A stretch of 64,000 bases of DNA, from positions 9,176,001-9,240,000 of the forward strand of contig OY986946.1 of the NCBI GenBank assembly GCA_963920595.1, in the 5' to 3' direction. This DNA comes from Eimeria praecox (lineage: Eukaryota). The notes under the pieces were generated by a model. The model was not told where the DNA came from and did no database searches. It saw nothing but the letters and a program-made list of their open reading frames with translations. Positions 58,474 to 64,000 of this stretch are shown in pieces; the stretch's first letter is position 1, and every line of letters begins with the position of its first letter. Position numbers and translations under genes: made by a program.

Positions 58474-61400
58474 GCTATCGTTGTTTCCGCTCGAACGTCA
58501 TCTTTACTCACCATTCTCGAAGGCTATATAAACTGCCTGGTTCATTTGCCATCAAGCCCATCAGCCCCATCCCACATTATCTGCATGCGTGATAAGGCAA
58601 TCTACTTGGCGGCAAAACGAAATACAGCATATTCACCTTCTTGAACAAAGGCAAGCAAAAATATGCGTTCACAAGCAGAACAAATATCCACCACCTCATT
58701 GTCCTATTTAACGCTCAAAGCCAGAAGAAAGGAGAAACAAACGAAACAAACCATTTTGGTTTTATACGTGCGGTCCCCCTCTCCTCCTAAAAGCGATTAT
58801 GACAAATTGATGGATTTTGGGACGTTCTGCCTCTGTATCCCCCGAGTAAAAGTGCAGGCGAAAACCCCACAAATGCTCGAAAACGAAAACAGAGTCATGA
58901 TATCCCAAACGCATTCAACAGCACCCTCACCGCTACGAGAGCTATACCACAGCTCGTCTTAATACCATCGAACTCTGTTGGATTCACCACCCATCGCCAA
59001 GGCGCCGTGGCAATAAAACCACACAAACACGCCGGCAATCTGGTACAGCAATCAACACAAGTCCTAAGGCAACGAACTGTGTCCTACGAGCGCCCCACAA
59101 CTACCCTCTTGGATGTGCCATTCCTGTGTATTTCAAAAAAACGACAGAAATTACCAGCACCTCCTCAAGACCGTTCGTAGCGCTCTAGTTTCAATTTCTC
59201 AAATATTCCGCATAACACACCAATACAACACCCCACAATTATGCCATCAAACAGCAGCTGCTTTGGGGGATCCACTTCCAGACGCTTAACGCATCCGTCC
59301 AGAAACTCCCCAACTCATCTTATATTCCTTTCACACAAGCTTTGCAACGTGCGAGCCTCCCTGGCGCACAGGTGAAGCATCCACGTTAACAAAGCCTCCT
59401 GTCCTCCAACAGCGAAACCAAATAGGTTCGCGGACGTCGTAGCGCAGACAGCAGCAGCAATGCAAAAAGCCTGAAGCAACACATGAGGCACCAGCAATTT
59501 GCCTCCAGCATCATTCAAGCTTCGCGCCCGATTTTGGCCACTCAGCAACAGGCTACCGAGTTATGTTATGGCAACCAACTGCCATAAACACACCTCTTCA
59601 CACCTTTGCTTGCGCCTCCAAAGCGGGCCACCACTACTTCACACGCAACACGACCAACCGCTCCTCCATCGCAGCTTTCGCATGAACTGCCGTCCGGTGG
59701 AAGTTGGCGCCTCACACAACCAACGAACGACCAACACCACAGCCTCCCACCCCTCATCTCAATTTGCGAAGACCTCGTGCGCAGCAGCTCACCTGCTTTC
59801 TTGTAGTACCCAGCCCAAGGTGCCACATTGGCTCCCGACAAAACATTTTATAAAGACGCCTGATGCTCCCTTGGCGCATCCTTAATCCAGTGCAACTGAA
59901 AGATTCTTTTCTGCCGCGCCGGAGTATCATGCTTTGCAAGTCACCGCCGAAACCCCCTCTGCCAAGCAGGGCCACTGATTACTTTAAGGTGGGCTACCTT
60001 CAAGTAATCGGTCCTCAACAAATCGGTGGCTCAGAGGTCCACACTGGTCTAAACGTTGACGGAAGATTGAGGTCAAAACAAAACTTCCAAGGTGGTAAAG
60101 CGCAACACAAACACGGTCCCTTACCTACATAGAAGCCGACCAAGCTAAACCATTAAGATGACTCCCCTTGGAACGGAAGGAGAGAAACTTGCCAAGCTCC
60201 TACCCAGACTTCTGGCATAACAATGGAAACTTCAGCGGAATTCAATTTCAAAGTTAGCAAAGGATTTTGATATGTAACAAAGGGCTTGCTGGCAGTCCCA
60301 GGTCATTGCTGCAGCAATCCTTGCCCACGTCTCACCAAAATCAGTTTGGGTAGATGATGATCAATTATTTCCTCCGACTGATGCTGCTCAGCTACTCATA
60401 TTGGAACAACAGCAACTACCAGCATACGTTCGCCGCCGCTGTAGGCTTGTGATTCTTCCTCCCTGTGTCCTATCTTCTCTGTATTCCCTTGTCTTAGTAC
60501 AGAGAATTTGGTTTACGGCTGCTTGCCTGGATGCAGCTTCGAAGAATGTGAAGGGGCCCACGACAAGATGAAAATCCAGCTTTTAGCCTTATTAAAAAAT
60601 AAAGTTACATGGAACAAACAATGTAAGGCTACTGCTACTCAGGAAGGGGACGTTGCCTTTCAGGGCATTCCCGCGACACAGAGTCTACACAAAACAACTT
60701 CTTAGCACAAGTTAGAGCTCAGGCGTTTTGTAGATATCTTTGTAGGTTTCCGGAGATGGAAGCTGTCTGTGTCGACTTAAGAGCAACCAAGCCGTTGCTT
60801 ATGGTGTTGGCGCACATGCCTTTCACAGGGAGCAAGGGGGATGTAGGCGTATGCCATACAAAATGATGGCCCTGTGCAGCTTGCAGCATATCAAGATACT
60901 TGAGGATACCGTGCTCCTGTCGTAATTGGGGAACTTTTCTGCCGGTGCTGGTGCTGCCGCTGCTGTTGCTATAGCCAATAAAGCAGATATTGTTGTGTCT
61001 TCTGATACTGCGGCTACTATGTTTGTTACTTTTGATGCTATTGAAGATTCTCTTGCTCCTGGTCAACCTGCGGAAGCTACTTAACCGGCTACAACTGCTG
61101 CTCTTGGTTATTTGTGGAATTTGAAATTGTGTGGACCTCATTGCTGCATGCACGGACAAAGAAGGGGCGGCCTGTTGCTTTTTCTGTTGTTTCCTTGTGG
61201 GTTTGTTTTGTGTGTTGTGTGTGCATTGCTGACACTTTTTGTCATTTTCTTTCACTCGGTTCCTTGTCTTGTTGTCTGCAGATTTAGCATTAGTTGCTGC
61301 TGCTGCTGCTACGACAGCAGCAGCACCACCAACCTGCATCGGGTCAACAGCAAGGTGCCCATGATGGCTTTGGGCGAAACGTGCAGTGGAAAATTCAGCT

Positions 61401-63922
61401 GAGTAGCCCCAGGAAACAAAACGCCAGATGGATCGCAACCCAGCGTTGAGGTGTTAGTTCAAACGCCATACAAAATCGGCGCTAGAGCAATAGAATCGGT
61501 AGCCCTTGAAGCGTAGAAGCGCATGTTTTGGTGCTTGTGGAGTCATCATTCTCGTGTGCCAGCCCTTATTAGCCTTTAAATGCTGGTAAGAAGCAACACG
61601 AAAGTGGAGCGGCAGTAGCAGCTGCAGAAGACCCAAAGCTGCCGTCACCGTACTATGGCTCAGCAGGCCATGTGCAGCACGCGAAGTAGGAGAACATGCT
61701 GCAGCCCGTCCTTGGTGCGGAGGATGGTGTTTTGTCTCCTGGTGCTATTGCGGGTTTCGGCTAATGCAGTAAAGCGAAGATATATGGCATCATGAGGGTC
61801 ACCCAGCTGCGGCGCACAGCGGGTGCAAGCACACCACCATCGAAAACAAAATAAGAGTATCATCATCAGCAGCAGGTTCACCTTATGAGCCGTTGCCTGG
61901 GATTCATAACTCTTCGTTTGCTCTGGCACTGCACAAGCATCCCTCCAGCCACCCCCGCGTAGGGAGAGGAGAACCTCCAGAGACTTTAATACACACGCAG
62001 CAAGGCTCAGGTCCCTCATGCTGCAACTGCGACAGCGGTAAGAGTAGCAACAACGGCAGCAGCAACAAGGTGCCTTCTCGTCAGAAGCCATGTGAATAAG
62101 CAGCAAATAAGCAGCGAGAGCAACAACAGCAACAGGATGCACAGGCGTCTGCAGCGGGCCCTGTTGAGTTGTCAGTAGCACCCACAGCAGCAACAAGAGC
62201 AGTAGTAACACCAGCAGCCAGAACAGCAGCACTCAGGCAGCCAGAAGAGCAGCACTCAGGCAGCCAGAACAGCAGCACTCAGAGTCTAAGATCCCTTACG
62301 GTGCACTTCCCGGAGGCTCCACTACACCGCAGGTCCTAGCGGCCCTCATCCATTCACCTGTAATGCCCCCGCAGGAGCGCATGGGGCTTTGCTGCTCATG
62401 TTGTTGTTGCCACTGCTGTTGAATATCTGCCCAGGCGAACGATAGTGAAGACACCAAAACCAACTTGATGCCCTGAAGCAGATGAAACACCCACAAAATC
62501 AGTAATGAGCACAGCATCAGCAGGAAATACGCCTTCCCCAGCAACATCAACAGCAACAGATCCTCGGACAGCTACGTCACACTGCGACTTTTCCAGGCTT
62601 TCTGGCGTTCCCCTGCGGCCGTCTGTTGCTACGTTCCTCTCTGCCATTCCTCTAAGTACGCTTTCCTGCTACTGCTGGTAATTTTGCTGTTGTTGCAGTG
62701 GCTCAAATGGCGGTTTTGGTTCGTGCTTTGCTGTGGCTTTTTTTTGCGCCGCAAGCTCAGATGCACTTCCACATTTTCTATGCATTGCATTGCCATTGCG
62801 GTATCATGCCTTCTGCCCCATATTGTTGTTTTGCTTTGCTACTACTGCCACGACGACTCTGACTACTGCTCTTGATGCTGCCCCCCTTTTCTGCTGCTGC
62901 AGACGCTTTCGGTTGGTGGCCATAAGCAACGAAGCGTGTGACGGCTTGTGATTCGCTTTTACACCTTCACTCTTTCTCCTATCACCAGCAGCCGTCACGT
63001 TTTTCTTGTGCAGCAACATAAGCAGCAGCAGTCAAAGCAACAACAGCCTTGTACCAGTGACGAACTCCATGCAGGCACTGCTGCTGCAGGGAAGGAAAGC
63101 CCCGTTGACTTGCTTCAACGCCTCTGGAGGTCATGCCCCCTTTGCAGCTTCCTGGCCCTTTACCTAGCTGAGTACCGCTCCTGCTGCAAACCCTCTTGCT
63201 GCAGACCCTGGCGCAGTGTAGATGGGGCTGCTATTACTACAGATGCGCGCCAACGTGGCCTGCAGGGCAAACAGGAGAAGCAGAAACCTTGAGTCCTCCT
63301 GTCCTTGTATTGCTTTGGTTGGCCTTGGGCGTGTTGGTTCAAACGCCTTGGCACCGGCCCTTCTCAGCTGTAGCAGCAGCATCTACAGGTGAGCTGCCTG
63401 CTTTTTTATCAATGGGGAGTTGCAGCAGCAGTGATATCTGTGGCCATGCATTCTTCTGGCATGCCTCCTTAGCGTCGCCCTACTTAGCATCTTTCAATAT
63501 AAGCAGCAGCAAGGGCAGCAGCTGCTGCTGCAACGGCAGGGTGGAGACGGATTTGTGGAATCAAATGCGAAGACAGGCCCCCTTCTGTTTGTTCGACCTC
63601 AGGTGCTTCATCCTGCTGTGGCGCGAATGGGTTGCCTGATGCCGCTAGTGTCGCTGCAGTTGCTGCTGCGAAAGCCAGCGCTTTTCCCTTTCTGACATCG
63701 CCTGTCTCGGCAAAACTCTTTTCTCTGACGGCTGCTGCGCACAGCCTTGCTGCAAATGGCAATGGCACCTTTAGGGGAGTCTTCAAACAGCACCGCGCTG
63801 CTGCTGCCGTTGTTAGCACCAGCGCAGCTGCTGGCAATATGTGCTACACAACTTGCCACGGGTGCTCGTTGCCCGCAGGGTTTGTGAGCACTTATGCAGC
63901 TTCACTGTCTGTGTTTGTGCGT

Positions 63923-63969
<47 letters not shown>

Positions 63970-64000
63970 GGGGTGCGGTTGCATCTCTCGCCTCATGTTG

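Overview
This window is a eukaryotic (coccidian) ribosomal DNA tandem array on the minus strand. ITS1 and the TGCATGCA/CAG-rich sequence point to Eimeria, probably E. praecox. About 3.7 near-identical units (18S-ITS1-5.8S-ITS2-28S plus a ~8 kb spacer, ~14.26 kb without insertion) are present. All three 28S genes whose helix-69 region lies in the window are interrupted at the same position, a few bases from the classical R2/I-PpoI site, by a single-ORF non-LTR retrotransposon (zinc finger, RT, CCHC, PD-(D/E)xK endonuclease). The element is inserted ANTISENSE to the rRNA. There are two full-length ~4.8 kb copies of distinct sequence variants and one 5'-truncated 1.04 kb copy, with identical 3' junctions and no poly(A). 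Its protein motifs look closer to NeSL/Utopia/R5-type elements than to R2. It is a candidate undescribed, recently active, site-specific rDNA retrotransposon in an apicomplexan. The spacer carries a structured subrepeat array, variable (GT)n tracts and three tRNA-like B-box motifs, one of which shares an exact 18-mer with the retroelement. Nearly all short ORFs in the track are spurious.
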